From an uncultured Vicinamibacteraceae bacterium (GTDB lineage Bacteria > Acidobacteriota > Vicinamibacteria > Vicinamibacterales > UBA8438), in the NCBI GenBank assembly GCA_964348425.1, contig CAYGCV010000002.1, forward strand, positions 1 to 40,942: a DNA stretch of 40,942 nucleotides, given 5' to 3'. Position numbers and translations under genes: made by a program. Shown in pieces: positions 31,165 to 39,367 of the stretch. The notes under the pieces are model-generated. The model worked only from the letters and a program-made list of their open reading frames with translations. It was not told the DNA's origin and did not search any database. The first letter of the stretch is position 1; each line of letters starts with the position of its first letter.

Positions 31165-31407
31165 CTACTTCTTGCTCTTGGCGTGGGACTCGATATAGTC
31201 GATCGCTTCCTTGACCCTCGTGATCTTCTCCGCGTCCTCGTCGGGAATCTCGAGCCCGAACTCCTCCTCGAACAACATGAGCAGCTCCACCGTATCGAGG
31301 GAATCGGCGCCCAGATCGTCGACGAACGAGGCGTCGGGCGTGACCTCCTCCTCATCCACGCCCAACTGCTCGACGATGATGCTCTTCACTTTATCCGGTA
31401 CGGCCAT
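31165..31407 (-). CDS. acpP: Acyl carrier protein
   Basis: [51 protein letters not shown] (DSLD phosphopantetheine site). The ATG at 31407 follows AGGAGG with a 7-nt spacing. Confidence 0.97.
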   Translation of the reverse strand: MAVPDKVKSIIVEQLGVDEEEVTPDASFVDDLGADSLDTVELLMLFEEEFGLEIPDEDAEKITRVKEAIDYIESHAKSKK

Positions 31408-31418
31408 TCGCAAGCCTC

Positions 31419-32159
31419 CTACATGTACATCCCACCGTTCACACCCACAATCTGGCCAGTAATATACGACGCTTCGTCGGACGCGAGAAAGGCGACCGCG
31501 GCGGCGACATCCTCCGGCCGGCCGAGCCGGCCCGCCGGAATCTGCCCGGCCAGGGCGTCACGGGCCGGGGCGTCCAGCCGCGCGGTCATGTCGGTCTCGA
31601 TGAAGCCCGGTGCGACCACGTTGACCGTGATGCCGCGCGCCGCCACCTCGCGCGCGAGCGCCTTGCTGAAACCGATCAGGCCCGCCTTGGAAGCGGCGTA
31701 GTTGGCCTGACCGGGGTTGCCGGACTGGCCGACCACCGAGCCGACGCTGATGACGCGTCCCCGCCGCTGCTTCAGCATGGGCCGGAGGACCGCCTGCGTG
31801 CACGTGAACGCGGCCGTCAGGTTGGTTGCAATGACCGCATCCCACTCCTCGGGCTTCATGCGCATCAGCAACTGATCGCGAACGATCCCGGCGTTGTTGA
31901 CCAGGATGTCGATGCGCTCGAAGCGCTCGAGCGTGGCGCGCACGGCCTCCTTCAGCGAGCCGGCATCGGTCACGTCGACGCCCAACGCCTGTGCGGCGCC
32001 GCCCGCCGCGACGATCTCGTCCGCCACCGGCCGCGCGTGATCCGCGCGGGCGCAGGCCGCCACCGCTGCCCCCTCGGCCGCGAGCCGCAGGGCGATCGCC
32101 CTGCCGATGCCTCGCGAAGCCCCGGTCACGAACGCGACGCGGCCGCTCAGATCAGCCAT
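31419..32159 (-). CDS. fabG: 3-oxoacyl-ACP reductase
   Basis: [27 protein letters not shown]...NNAG...YAASKAG...[15 protein letters not shown]. The ATG at 32159 overlaps the fabD end by 8 nt. Confidence 0.93.
   Translation of the reverse strand: MADLSGRVAFVTGASRGIGRAIALRLAAEGAAVAACARADHARPVADEIVAAGGAAQALGVDVTDAGSLKEAVRATLERFERIDILVNNAGIVRDQLLMRMKPEEWDAVIATNLTAAFTCTQAVLRPMLKQRRGRVISVGSVVGQSGNPGQANYAASKAGLIGFSKALAREVAARGITVNVVAPGFIETDMTARLDAPARDALAGQIPAGRLGRPEDVAAAVAFLASDEASYITGQIVGVNGGMYM
31460..31465 (-). promoter_or_regulatory. Candidate internal -10 box (TATATT) for acpP, embedded in the fabG 3' end
   Basis: fabG codons TCG TAT ATT ACT (S-Y-I-T) give three consecutive A/T-ending codons, although nearly all other codons I read in this window end in G or C. 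They lie 52 nt upstream of the acpP ATG. Confidence 0.25.
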
Positions 32160-33084
32160 GGCCCACCAGGGTCTCCACCGCGGCAACGCCGTCGGGACTG
32201 TCGACGCCGACCACGGAGGCGCGCCGGTCGATCTTCCTGATCAACCCGGCCAGCACCGTGCCCGGACCGACCTCGACATACGTCTGCGCGCCGCAGGCGG
32301 CCAGCCGCCTCACGACCGCCTCCCACTGCACGGGTGCGCTCACCTGCTCGACCAGGGCATCGACGGCCGCTGCGGCGTCGCGCTTCGGCTCGGCATCCAC
32401 GTTCGCAATCACCGGCACCGCGGGATTCGACACCACCAGCGAGCGCAGCTCCGGCTCGAGGCGCGCCTGGGCGGGTCTCATCAGGCCGCAATGGAACGGT
32501 GCGCTCACCGGCAGCGGCAGCACGCGGCGGGCGCCCAGCTCCCGGGCGCGGGCGCCGGCTCTCGCCACCGCGTCCTGCGCGCCGGCGATGACCACCTGCC
32601 CCGGCGCGTTCAGGTTCGCCGGGCTCACCACCTCGCCCTGGGCCGCCTCCTCGCACGCCTGCGTCACGAGCGCCGCGTCGAGGCCGAGCACGGCAACCAT
32701 GGCGCCGGCGCCCACCGGCACGGCCTCCTGCATGTAGCGCCCGCGGCGGCGCACCGTGCGCAGCGCGTCCGCGAAGGACAGCGTCCCGGCCGCGACGTGG
32801 GCGGAGTACTCGCCCAGGCTGTGCCCCGCCATCAGCCCGGCCTGCAGCCCGTGCGAGGCGAGCAGCCGCTGCACCGCGACGCTCACCGCCAGCACGGCCG
32901 GCTGCGTGTTCGCCGTCAGGGTCAGCTCGGCCGAGGGTCCCTCGAAGCACAGCCGGCTCAACGGCTCCCCGAGCGCCTCGTCGGCCTGCTCGAACGTGTC
33001 CCGGCAGATCGGGAAGGTCTCGGCCAGGGCCTTCCCCATGCCGACGTACTGCGATCCCTGGCCGGGAAACACATACGCAATCAA
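32152..33084 (-). CDS. fabD: Malonyl CoA-ACP transacylase, TTG start
   Basis: (M)IAYVFPGQGSQYVGMGKAL...GHSLGEYSA...; 310 aa from the TTG at 33084, which overlaps the plsX TGA (TTGA). There is no in-frame ATG or GTG before the conserved FPGQGSQ motif. Confidence 0.9.
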   Translation of the reverse strand: MIAYVFPGQGSQYVGMGKALAETFPICRDTFEQADEALGEPLSRLCFEGPSAELTLTANTQPAVLAVSVAVQRLLASHGLQAGLMAGHSLGEYSAHVAAGTLSFADALRTVRRRGRYMQEAVPVGAGAMVAVLGLDAALVTQACEEAAQGEVVSPANLNAPGQVVIAGAQDAVARAGARARELGARRVLPLPVSAPFHCGLMRPAQARLEPELRSLVVSNPAVPVIANVDAEPKRDAAAAVDALVEQVSAPVQWEAVVRRLAACGAQTYVEVGPGTVLAGLIRKIDRRASVVGVDSPDGVAAVETLVGHG

Positions 33085-34115
33085 CCGCCGGACCCTTTCA
33101 CGCTGCCCGCTCCGGCCGCCCCGGACAGCGCGGCGATCTCCACGGCCACGCGCTCGACGAAGCCCTGGTTGGCGAAGCGATACGCGAGCACGACGGCGTT
33201 GCGCACGGCCTTGACGGACGAGCACCCGTGGCCGACGACGCACAGCCCGGCCACACCGAGCAACGGCGCCCCGCCGACCTCGGAGTAGTCGACGCGCCGC
33301 CTGAACCTGCGAAACGCCCGGCTGGAGAGCAGGAACCCGAACCGCGTCGTGAAGGTCCGGTTCAGCTCGTCCCGCAACAGCGCCTCGACCATCTCCACGA
33401 GCCCCTCGCTGACCTTCAGGGCGACGTTGCCGGTGAACCCGTCGCAGACGATGACGTCGGCCTGGCCGGTGAAGATGTCTCGCGCCTCGATGTTGCCGAT
33501 GAAATCCAGCCCGCTGTCCCGCAGCCGGCGGTGCGCATCCCGTGTGAGCTCGTTGCCCTTCGTGGCCTCTTCCCCGATCGAGAGCAACCCGACCCGGGGC
33601 CGGGAGACGCCCAGCGACAGGCGCGCGTACACGCACCCCATCGCGGCGAATTGTACAAGGTGCCTGGGCCAGCACTCGACGTTGGCGCCGGCGTCCAGCA
33701 GCACCGCGCTGCCGCGGCGCGTGGGAATGGCGGTCGCGAGCGCCGGACGCTCGACGCCGGACAGCAACCCGAACGCGGCATGCGCCGCCAGCAGGGCCGC
33801 GCCCGTGTTGCCGGCGCTGAAGAAGGCGGCAGCGTCGCCCCTGGCCACCACCTCGGCAGCCTGCCGGACCGACGACCTCGGCTTGCGGCGGATCGCCGCG
33901 GCCGGGGGCTCGGCCACGCCCACCACGTCGGCGGCGTCGACGAACCGGACATCGACCGGCCCCGCGTCACCGTGGCGCGCCAGCTCGGCCTCGATCGCCG
34001 GCCGGTGGCCGACCAGGGTCAGCCCGAAGCCGCCGTGGCGGGCGGCCACCAGCGCGCCGTCGATGATGTTGCGCGGCGCAAAGTCCCCGCCCGCCGCATC
34101 TATGGCGATGTGCAT
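33081..34115 (-). CDS. plsX: Phosphate acyltransferase PlsX
   Basis: MHIAIDAAGGDFAP...FFSAGNTGA...LLDAGAN....LVQFA.MG..Y......PRVGLLSIGEE..KGN...FIGN.EARD......DV.VCDGF.GNV.LK. 344 aa from the ATG at 34115. Confidence 0.93.
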   Translation of the reverse strand: MHIAIDAAGGDFAPRNIIDGALVAARHGGFGLTLVGHRPAIEAELARHGDAGPVDVRFVDAADVVGVAEPPAAAIRRKPRSSVRQAAEVVARGDAAAFFSAGNTGAALLAAHAAFGLLSGVERPALATAIPTRRGSAVLLDAGANVECWPRHLVQFAAMGCVYARLSLGVSRPRVGLLSIGEEATKGNELTRDAHRRLRDSGLDFIGNIEARDIFTGQADVIVCDGFTGNVALKVSEGLVEMVEALLRDELNRTFTTRFGFLLSSRAFRRFRRRVDYSEVGGAPLLGVAGLCVVGHGCSSVKAVRNAVVLAYRFANQGFVERVAVEIAALSGAAGAGSVKGSGG

Positions 34116-34149
34116 CCTGCCAACGGACGCGCCCCGGAGCCGGGCGGCG

Positions 34150-34332
34150 CTATTCGTCCTCGACGGCCTTGACCTGGCGCCCGCGGTAGTAGCCGCAGTG
34201 CGGGCAGACGTGGTGCGGCAGCGTCGGCTCGTGGCACTGCGGGCACTCGCCCAGATGCGTCGGCGCCAGTGCATCGTGCGCCCGCCGCTTGGCAGTGCGG
34301 GCCTTGGAATGACGTCGCTTGGGGTTCGCCAT
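34150..34332 (-). CDS. rpmF: 50S ribosomal protein L32
   Basis: [19 protein letters not shown]....[23 protein letters not shown]; 60 aa; SD AGAGGA upstream. Confidence 0.95.
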   Translation of the reverse strand: MANPKRRHSKARTAKRRAHDALAPTHLGECPQCHEPTLPHHVCPHCGYYRGRQVKAVEDE

Positions 34333-34391
34333 CTCGTCTCGTCCTCTGGAAGCTCGTTTGCGCGGCAACGCCCACCGCGGGCGGCGGCGCG

Positions 34392-34409
34392 CCGGCTGCA
34401 AGCAGCCGG
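34392..34409 (-). other. Perfect 8-bp inverted repeat (hairpin) in the yceD-rpmF spacer
   Basis: CCGGCTGC-AA-GCAGCCGG. No U-tract follows on the minus-strand transcript, so it is not a canonical terminator. Confidence 0.35.
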
Positions 34410-34423
34410 TCGGGGAAGCGTCC

Positions 34424-34963
34424 CTAGCGCCGCTGGCGACCCGCCAGCAGGGTCTCGAGCGCCGCCAGGCGTGGATCGCGCCACCGCGTGTCGCACCGGC
34501 AGCGCCGCTCGTTCTGGTTCGACCCGCAGACCGGGCACAACCCGCGACAGTCGCCGCGACACAACGGCTTCATCGGCAGCGCGAGCTGAAACTGCTCGCG
34601 AACCATCTGCATGAGGTCGATCTGACCGTCGCGGTAGAAGGCCGTCGACAGATCGTCCTCCGCGATCTCGGTTTCGCCGTCCCCGCGATTCGCGCTGTGC
34701 GGGAGATAGAGCAGGTCGACCGCCAGGTCGCAAGGTATCCCGAACTGCTCCAGGCACCGGCTGCAGGAGAGGTTCAGCGTGGTGCACACGCGCCCCGACA
34801 CATGGCACTTGTCGCCATCCTTGCGCACCCGCAACGCCAGCGATACGCGGTCCGCGACCGAATAGTCATCGTGCGGGTCGGGGCGGAACGTCGCCGCCGG
34901 ATAGCTGCGGTCGACCCGCTCCTCCGACCCGCGCATCTCGCGCAAATCCAGCAGCAGCGTCAA
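34424..34963 (-). CDS. yceD: YceD/DUF177-family protein (large-subunit rRNA accumulation protein)
   Basis: Characteristic CSRC...C....C.G.C..CG.N.N...C.C pattern ([10 protein letters not shown]...[25 protein letters not shown]). Position upstream of rpmF-plsX is as in many bacteria. The start is uncertain: TTG 34963 is chosen, with TTG 34945 and ATG 34936 as alternatives. Confidence 0.8.
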   Translation of the reverse strand: MTLLLDLREMRGSEERVDRSYPAATFRPDPHDDYSVADRVSLALRVRKDGDKCHVSGRVCTTLNLSCSRCLEQFGIPCDLAVDLLYLPHSANRGDGETEIAEDDLSTAFYRDGQIDLMQMVREQFQLALPMKPLCRGDCRGLCPVCGSNQNERRCRCDTRWRDPRLAALETLLAGRQRR

Positions 34964-34996
34964 CGTGCTCGTCTCGCTGGTCGAATCGACCTGGGA

Positions 34997-35002
34997 AGTA
35001 TA
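34997..35002 (-). promoter_or_regulatory. Candidate -10 box (TATACT) for the yceD-rpmF-plsX-fab operon
   Basis: Minus strand GTGTTATACTTCC in the 44-nt dgt-yceD spacer. It is the only AT-rich patch in that spacer. Confidence 0.3.
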
Positions 35003-35007
35003 ACACT

Positions 35008-36081
35008 TCAGCCGTGCGCGCCTTGGGGTCCCCAGGGGCGGGGGATGAAGAGCTCCTCGAAGAGGCGGATCGCGTAGCGGTCGGTCATGCCGGCCAGGAA
35101 GTCGCGGGCCGCGACGTCGACGCCGTCGCGCTCCACGGTGCGGCGATCCAGGAACGCCTCGGGGCGCTCCCGCACCTTCTCCCACAACCCGCGGAGGATC
35201 CCCCCGGCCTTCTTGAGCTCCGCGGTGGCGGCATCGTTCTCGTACACGGCCTCGTAGAGGAACGCCCGCAGATCGAGCGTCGCGCGCAGCACCTCGTCGC
35301 TCATCCGGATCTCGGGCCTGCCCGCGGCCAGGGTCCGGTTCACGACGTCGGCCACCATGCGTCCGATGCGTTCGGACGAGGTGCTCCCGAGCACCGCGAC
35401 GGCGGGACGGGGCAAGGCCTCCGCGTGGAGGACACCCGCGCGGACGGCGTCGTCGATGTCGTGATTGACGTACGCGATGATGTCCGCGACCCGCGCGATC
35501 TGGCCCTCCAGCGTCGCGGCGCGGCGCGCCGGATCGGCCCCGACCGGCGACCCGTCCTTCCCCTTCGAATGCTTCGCGATGCCGTCGCGGACCTCCCAGC
35601 TCAGATTGAGCCCCTGCCCGTCCTGCTCCAGGATGTCGACGACCCGCAGGCTCTGCTCGTAGTGGTTGAAGCCGCCCGGCAGCAGCGCGCGGAGCACGCG
35701 CTCGCCGGCGTGGCCGAAAGGGGTGTGCCCCAGGTCGTGGCCCAGCGCGATGGCCTCCGTCAGCTCCTCGTTGAGCCGCAGCACCTTCGCGATGGTCCGC
35801 GCAATCTGGGAGACCTCGAGCGTGTGGGTGAGGCGCGTGCGGTAGTGGTCGCCGGTCGGCGCCAGGAACACCTGGGTCTTGTGCTTGAGCCGGCGAAACG
35901 CCTTCGAATGCACGATCCGGTCCCGGTCGCGCTGGAACGCCGGACGGATCGGATCGGGCGGCTCCGGGCGCAGCCGGCCCCGGCTGTCCGCGCTCTTCGC
36001 AGCCCAGGCCGACAGGGCCTGCCGCTCGCGCTCCTCGAGCTCGGCGCGGATCACGTCGGCAGCCTCCACGCCAGCGTTCAC
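35008..36081 (-). CDS. dgt: dGTP triphosphohydrolase-like HD-domain protein
   Basis: FQRDRDRIVHSKAFRRLKHKTQVF....GDHYRTRLTHTLEVSQIAR.....L.LNE.L.EAIALGHDLGHTPFGHAGE. The GTG start overlaps the hfq stop (GTGA). Confidence 0.9.
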   Translation of the reverse strand: MNAGVEAADVIRAELEERERQALSAWAAKSADSRGRLRPEPPDPIRPAFQRDRDRIVHSKAFRRLKHKTQVFLAPTGDHYRTRLTHTLEVSQIARTIAKVLRLNEELTEAIALGHDLGHTPFGHAGERVLRALLPGGFNHYEQSLRVVDILEQDGQGLNLSWEVRDGIAKHSKGKDGSPVGADPARRAATLEGQIARVADIIAYVNHDIDDAVRAGVLHAEALPRPAVAVLGSTSSERIGRMVADVVNRTLAAGRPEIRMSDEVLRATLDLRAFLYEAVYENDAATAELKKAGGILRGLWEKVRERPEAFLDRRTVERDGVDVAARDFLAGMTDRYAIRLFEELFIPRPWGPQGAHG

Positions 36082-36329
36082 GGCGCGGAAGAGGGCGGGC
36101 GATCCGCCCGGGCGGGCCGGATCAGCGCGATGGCGTGCTTGAAGATCAGCTCGTCGGACCCGTCGCGGTCCACGACGACGGAGTAACGGTCGAAGCTCTT
36201 GATGCGGCCGTCCAGCCGCGTGCCGTTCGTCAGGTGAACCGTCACCTCGAGGCGCTCGCGCCGGGCGCCGTTGAGGAACACGGACTGGATGTCGCGCGGC
36301 GCCGGCGCCCCCGCTACGTCATTCGGCAT
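36078..36329 (-). CDS. hfq: RNA chaperone Hfq
   Basis: IQSVFLNGARRERLEVTVHLTNGTRLDGRIKSFDRYSVVV.......LIFKHAIALI (Sm1 and Sm2 motifs). miaA-hfq synteny. The ATG overlaps the miaA end by 16 nt. Confidence 0.93.
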   Translation of the reverse strand: MPNDVAGAPAPRDIQSVFLNGARRERLEVTVHLTNGTRLDGRIKSFDRYSVVVDRDGSDELIFKHAIALIRPARADRPPSSAP

Positions 36330-37294
36330 AGCACCCGTTGCGCGGCGTCGGCGTGTTCACCCGGGAGGTCAATCCAATGTAGGTTAGGCTCTTTGCGAAA
36401 CCAGATCAACTGCCGCCGGGCGTACTGCCGGTTGGCCCTGATGATCAGCTCGCGCGTGGCCGCCTCGTCGCGCACGCCGTGCAGGTGCTCGAGCACCTGG
36501 CGGTAGACCAGCCCGCTGAACGGGTGCGCCGACGCCGGCACGCCGGCCGCGAGCAGGCCCCGCACCTCCGCCAGCAGACCGGCCTCGAACTGTTGCTCGA
36601 CACGCCGCGCGACCCGGGCCGCGGTGACCGCGGCCTCCAGCCGGATGGCGAAGGCCGTCACGTCGTACTCTGCGAGGGGCGGCCGCGTCTCTTGGAAGTG
36701 CGCGCTCAGCGGGCGGCGCGTCAGCCGGTAGACCTCCAGCGCGCGGACCAGGCGCTTCGCGTCCCGCGGATGGATGCGGTCGGCCGACGGGGCGTCGACC
36801 CGCGCGAGCATGCGGTGCAACTGCTCGACGCCGCGCCGCCTGGCGATCCGCGTCAGCCGGCCCCGCAACACGTCGTCCCGGGCGGGCCCGTCGAACAGCC
36901 CGCGCGTGAGCGCCCGGTAGTACAGACCCGACCCGCCGACGACGATGGGCAGGTTGCCGGCGGCCGTGATGCCTCGCACGGCGGCGGCCGCGTCGCGTGC
37001 GTAGCGGGCCGCGGTGTACGATTCGTCCGGATCGACGATATCGACGAGGTGGTGCGGGATGCCGCGCCGGCGCGCGGGCGGCACCTTGTCGGTGCCGATG
37101 TCGAAGCCGCGGTAGACGGCGGTCGAGTCGCAGCTCACGATCTCGCCGCCGAGCCGCTCGGCAACGGCGATGCCCAGCGCGCTCTTGCCCGCCGCCGTCG
37201 GACCGACGATGGCCAGCAGCCGGGGCCGCCCTGCACGCCCACGCCGTTCTATGGCGCGGACTCCTACCAGGAGCCGGCGGCGGCGCGGAGCCAC
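36314..37294 (-). CDS. miaA: tRNA dimethylallyltransferase
   Basis: LLAIVGPTAAGKSALGIAVAERLGGEIVSCDSTAVYRGFDIGTDKV...GIPHHL.D.......Y.......A......I...G.LPI.VGGSGLY; GTG start. Confidence 0.93.
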   Translation of the reverse strand: MAPRRRRLLVGVRAIERRGRAGRPRLLAIVGPTAAGKSALGIAVAERLGGEIVSCDSTAVYRGFDIGTDKVPPARRRGIPHHLVDIVDPDESYTAARYARDAAAAVRGITAAGNLPIVVGGSGLYYRALTRGLFDGPARDDVLRGRLTRIARRRGVEQLHRMLARVDAPSADRIHPRDAKRLVRALEVYRLTRRPLSAHFQETRPPLAEYDVTAFAIRLEAAVTAARVARRVEQQFEAGLLAEVRGLLAAGVPASAHPFSGLVYRQVLEHLHGVRDEAATRELIIRANRQYARRQLIWFRKEPNLHWIDLPGEHADAAQRVLCRMT

Positions 37295-37359
37295 GCCAGC
37301 GCCGACACCGCGGTCAGCAGCACGAACCAGCCCAGCCGTTGCGTGCGGGCCGGATGCAC
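37264..37359 (-). CDS. Candidate 31-aa single-pass membrane micro-protein (unannotated small ORF)
   Basis: GTG at 37359, 2 nt after the TonB-like stop. The ORF reads (M)HPARTQRLGWFVLLTAVSALAWLRAAAGSW and ends in TAG at 37266-37264. 29 of 31 codons end in G or C. It overlaps the miaA start by 31 nt. Confidence 0.25.
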   Translation of the reverse strand: MHPARTQRLGWFVLLTAVSALAWLRAAAGSW

Positions 37360-37361
37360 CG

Positions 37362-38501
37362 TCACGCCGGCGGCACCTCGTTGAAGTAGAAGATCACCGT
37401 GAAGAAGGCGTGGTCGTCCGGATACTCGGGCGGCAGCGGCTGCGTCGGATTGGAGGACCGCAGCGCGTTGTACGCCGAGTTGTTGAACGCCTCCACGTGC
37501 GAGGGCTTGAAGATGGTCAGGTCGGTCAGGGCGCCGTCCTCCTGCACGTTGAAGGTCAGCACCACGTGCCCGTGCATCGACCAGATAGCGTACGGCACGA
37601 ACCAGTTGCGCCGAATCTGCGCCACGAACCGGCGCAGCCAGGGACCGAACTCCACGCCCTTGGAATCGAACTGAATCTCGGGCCCGTAGCGCCCGGTGTC
37701 GCCGCTGTAGTTGCGAAACGTCTCGCGCCGGACGCGCTGCCGGAGGTTCTCCACCTGGCGCCCGAACAGGCCGTCGGGCGTCAGGTCGATCCGGCGTTCG
37801 TCCGCGGCATCCGGGTCGCCCGGACCGGCGCCCATTTCGGCGGGCAGGGAATCGGGGAGCGCCGGCCCGTCGGCATCGTCCGGCTCGGGCGCGGAACCGG
37901 GATCGTCGGCGACCTCGCCCTCCGTCTCGAGCTCCTCGCCCTGCCCGGCCGACGCGTCAGCGAGCCGCGGCTCGTCGGCTTCGGCGGCGCCCTCGTCGAC
38001 CTCCGCTTCGTCGGCATCGTCGGCGCCGTCCGCGAAGCCCACGACATCGGCGGCGTCCAGTCCCTCGTCCTCGGGCGCCTCGGGAGCGATGATGAACTCC
38101 GGCGAGTTGCCTTCCGCCACCGGCAGCCGGTTCTCGGGGTCGAACGTGCGGACGGGCGACTGGGCGACCCGGTCCCGATCCGACGGGACCGCGTCGGGCG
38201 GCGGCGCCTCCGGCGGCTCGAGCTCGACGCGCGGCTGGATGAAGACGAACGTCCGGTTGTCGTCCGGCTGCACCAGCGGTTGCTGCAGCCGCGCCTGCAG
38301 CTCCGCGGCCGCCGCCATCTCCTGCAGGCGTTCCGCGCGGCGCTCGGCCAGCTCCTGGACGAACGACAGGCGCGGCACGATCAGCAGCAGCGCGGCGGCG
38401 GCGAGATGGAAGAAGAGCGAGAGCAGGACCTGCTCGCGCCAGGACATCGCCGACTCGATGGTCGGCGTCTCGAAGCTCCGGTCCTCGAAGTTGAAGTACA
38501 T
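37362..38501 (-). CDS. TonB-family energy transducer-like protein with an acidic (not Pro-rich) linker
   Basis: N-terminal TM helix (VLLSLFFHLAAAALLLIVP), a long Asp/Glu/Ala-rich linker, and a C-terminal TonB-like fold region (FGPWLRRFVAQIRRNWFVP...GHVVLTFNVQEDGALTDLTIFKPS...FNNSAYNALR...PLPPEYP...FTVIFYF). Confidence 0.6.
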   Translation of the reverse strand: MYFNFEDRSFETPTIESAMSWREQVLLSLFFHLAAAALLLIVPRLSFVQELAERRAERLQEMAAAAELQARLQQPLVQPDDNRTFVFIQPRVELEPPEAPPPDAVPSDRDRVAQSPVRTFDPENRLPVAEGNSPEFIIAPEAPEDEGLDAADVVGFADGADDADEAEVDEGAAEADEPRLADASAGQGEELETEGEVADDPGSAPEPDDADGPALPDSLPAEMGAGPGDPDAADERRIDLTPDGLFGRQVENLRQRVRRETFRNYSGDTGRYGPEIQFDSKGVEFGPWLRRFVAQIRRNWFVPYAIWSMHGHVVLTFNVQEDGALTDLTIFKPSHVEAFNNSAYNALRSSNPTQPLPPEYPDDHAFFTVIFYFNEVPPA

Positions 38502-38515
38502 CAGGAGCCAGCCTG

Positions 38516-38524
38516 ATTATAGCA
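38516..38524 (-). promoter_or_regulatory. Extended -10 promoter (TGCTATAAT) 14 nt upstream of the TonB-like ATG
   Basis: Minus strand GGTTGCTATAATCAGGCTGGCTCCTG-ATG. The perfect TATAAT is at 38521-38516. The mRNA would have a very short leader with no SD. Confidence 0.5.
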
Positions 38525-38558
38525 ACCGCCCGGCGGAACGCGACCGGGCATCCGGTGG

Positions 38559-39362
38559 TCACGCCGCGCGGGCGCTGTAGAGGTAGACGATGCCGAACGT
38601 CAGCGGGTCGACGCGCACGTCCGTGAAGCCGGCCCGCCCCAGCAGCTCGCAGAACGCGGGCGGAGCGGGGAACGCGCCGACGGACGCCGGCAGGTAGGCG
38701 TAGGCGCTGCGATGGCGGGAGCCGAGCCTCCCGACGAGCGGCAGCACGTGCCGGAAGTACCAGCGGTACGCGACCCGCACCGGCGCCGGCCCGGGCTCGC
38801 CGAACTCGAGGATGGCCAGCCTGCCCCCGGGGCGCAGCACGCGCCGCACCTCCGCCAGCGCCCCGAACCGGTCGCGTACGTTGCGGATGCCGAAACCGAT
38901 CGTCGCGCCGTCGACCGCCGCCGCGCACAGCGGTATGCGTTCGGCGTCGGCCCGCAGCAGGCGCACCGCGCCGGGCGGCCGGCGGCGGGCGGTCTTGACG
39001 CGGCCCAGACGCAGCATCTCGGCCGAGAAGTCGACGCCGACGACCGAGCCGGCCCCGCCGCGCGGCGACGCCAGCGCCAGCGCCAGATCCGCCGTGCCGG
39101 TACACAGGTCGAGCACGCGCTCGCCCCCCTGCAACCCGAGCGCGTCCACCGCCCGGGCGCGCCAGGCGCGATCGCGCCCCGCGCTCAGCAGGCGGTTCAG
39201 CAGGTCGTAGCGGCGCGCGATCGCGTCGAACATGCCGGCGATCTCGCCCGGCGGCCGGTCGAGCGGCAGCGGGCCGGCGGCGTTCGCCGCCGCGCCGCGA
39301 TCGCCCGGCGCGCCGTCCCGCTCGGCCCCGGCCCCGCTTCGCTTCGTGCCTGGATCGAGCAT
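38559..39362 (-). CDS. ubiE: Demethylmenaquinone / ubiquinone C-methyltransferase (UbiE/MenG family)
   Basis: MFDAIARRYDLLNRLLSAGRDRAWR...VLDLCTGTADLA...FGIRNV.D...AL.E..RVLRPGGRL.ILEF. The ATG at 39362 lies just downstream of the ubiX stop. Confidence 0.88.
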   Translation of the reverse strand: MLDPGTKRSGAGAERDGAPGDRGAAANAAGPLPLDRPPGEIAGMFDAIARRYDLLNRLLSAGRDRAWRARAVDALGLQGGERVLDLCTGTADLALALASPRGGAGSVVGVDFSAEMLRLGRVKTARRRPPGAVRLLRADAERIPLCAAAVDGATIGFGIRNVRDRFGALAEVRRVLRPGGRLAILEFGEPGPAPVRVAYRWYFRHVLPLVGRLGSRHRSAYAYLPASVGAFPAPPAFCELLGRAGFTDVRVDPLTFGIVYLYSARAA

Positions 39363-39367
39363 GCCCG

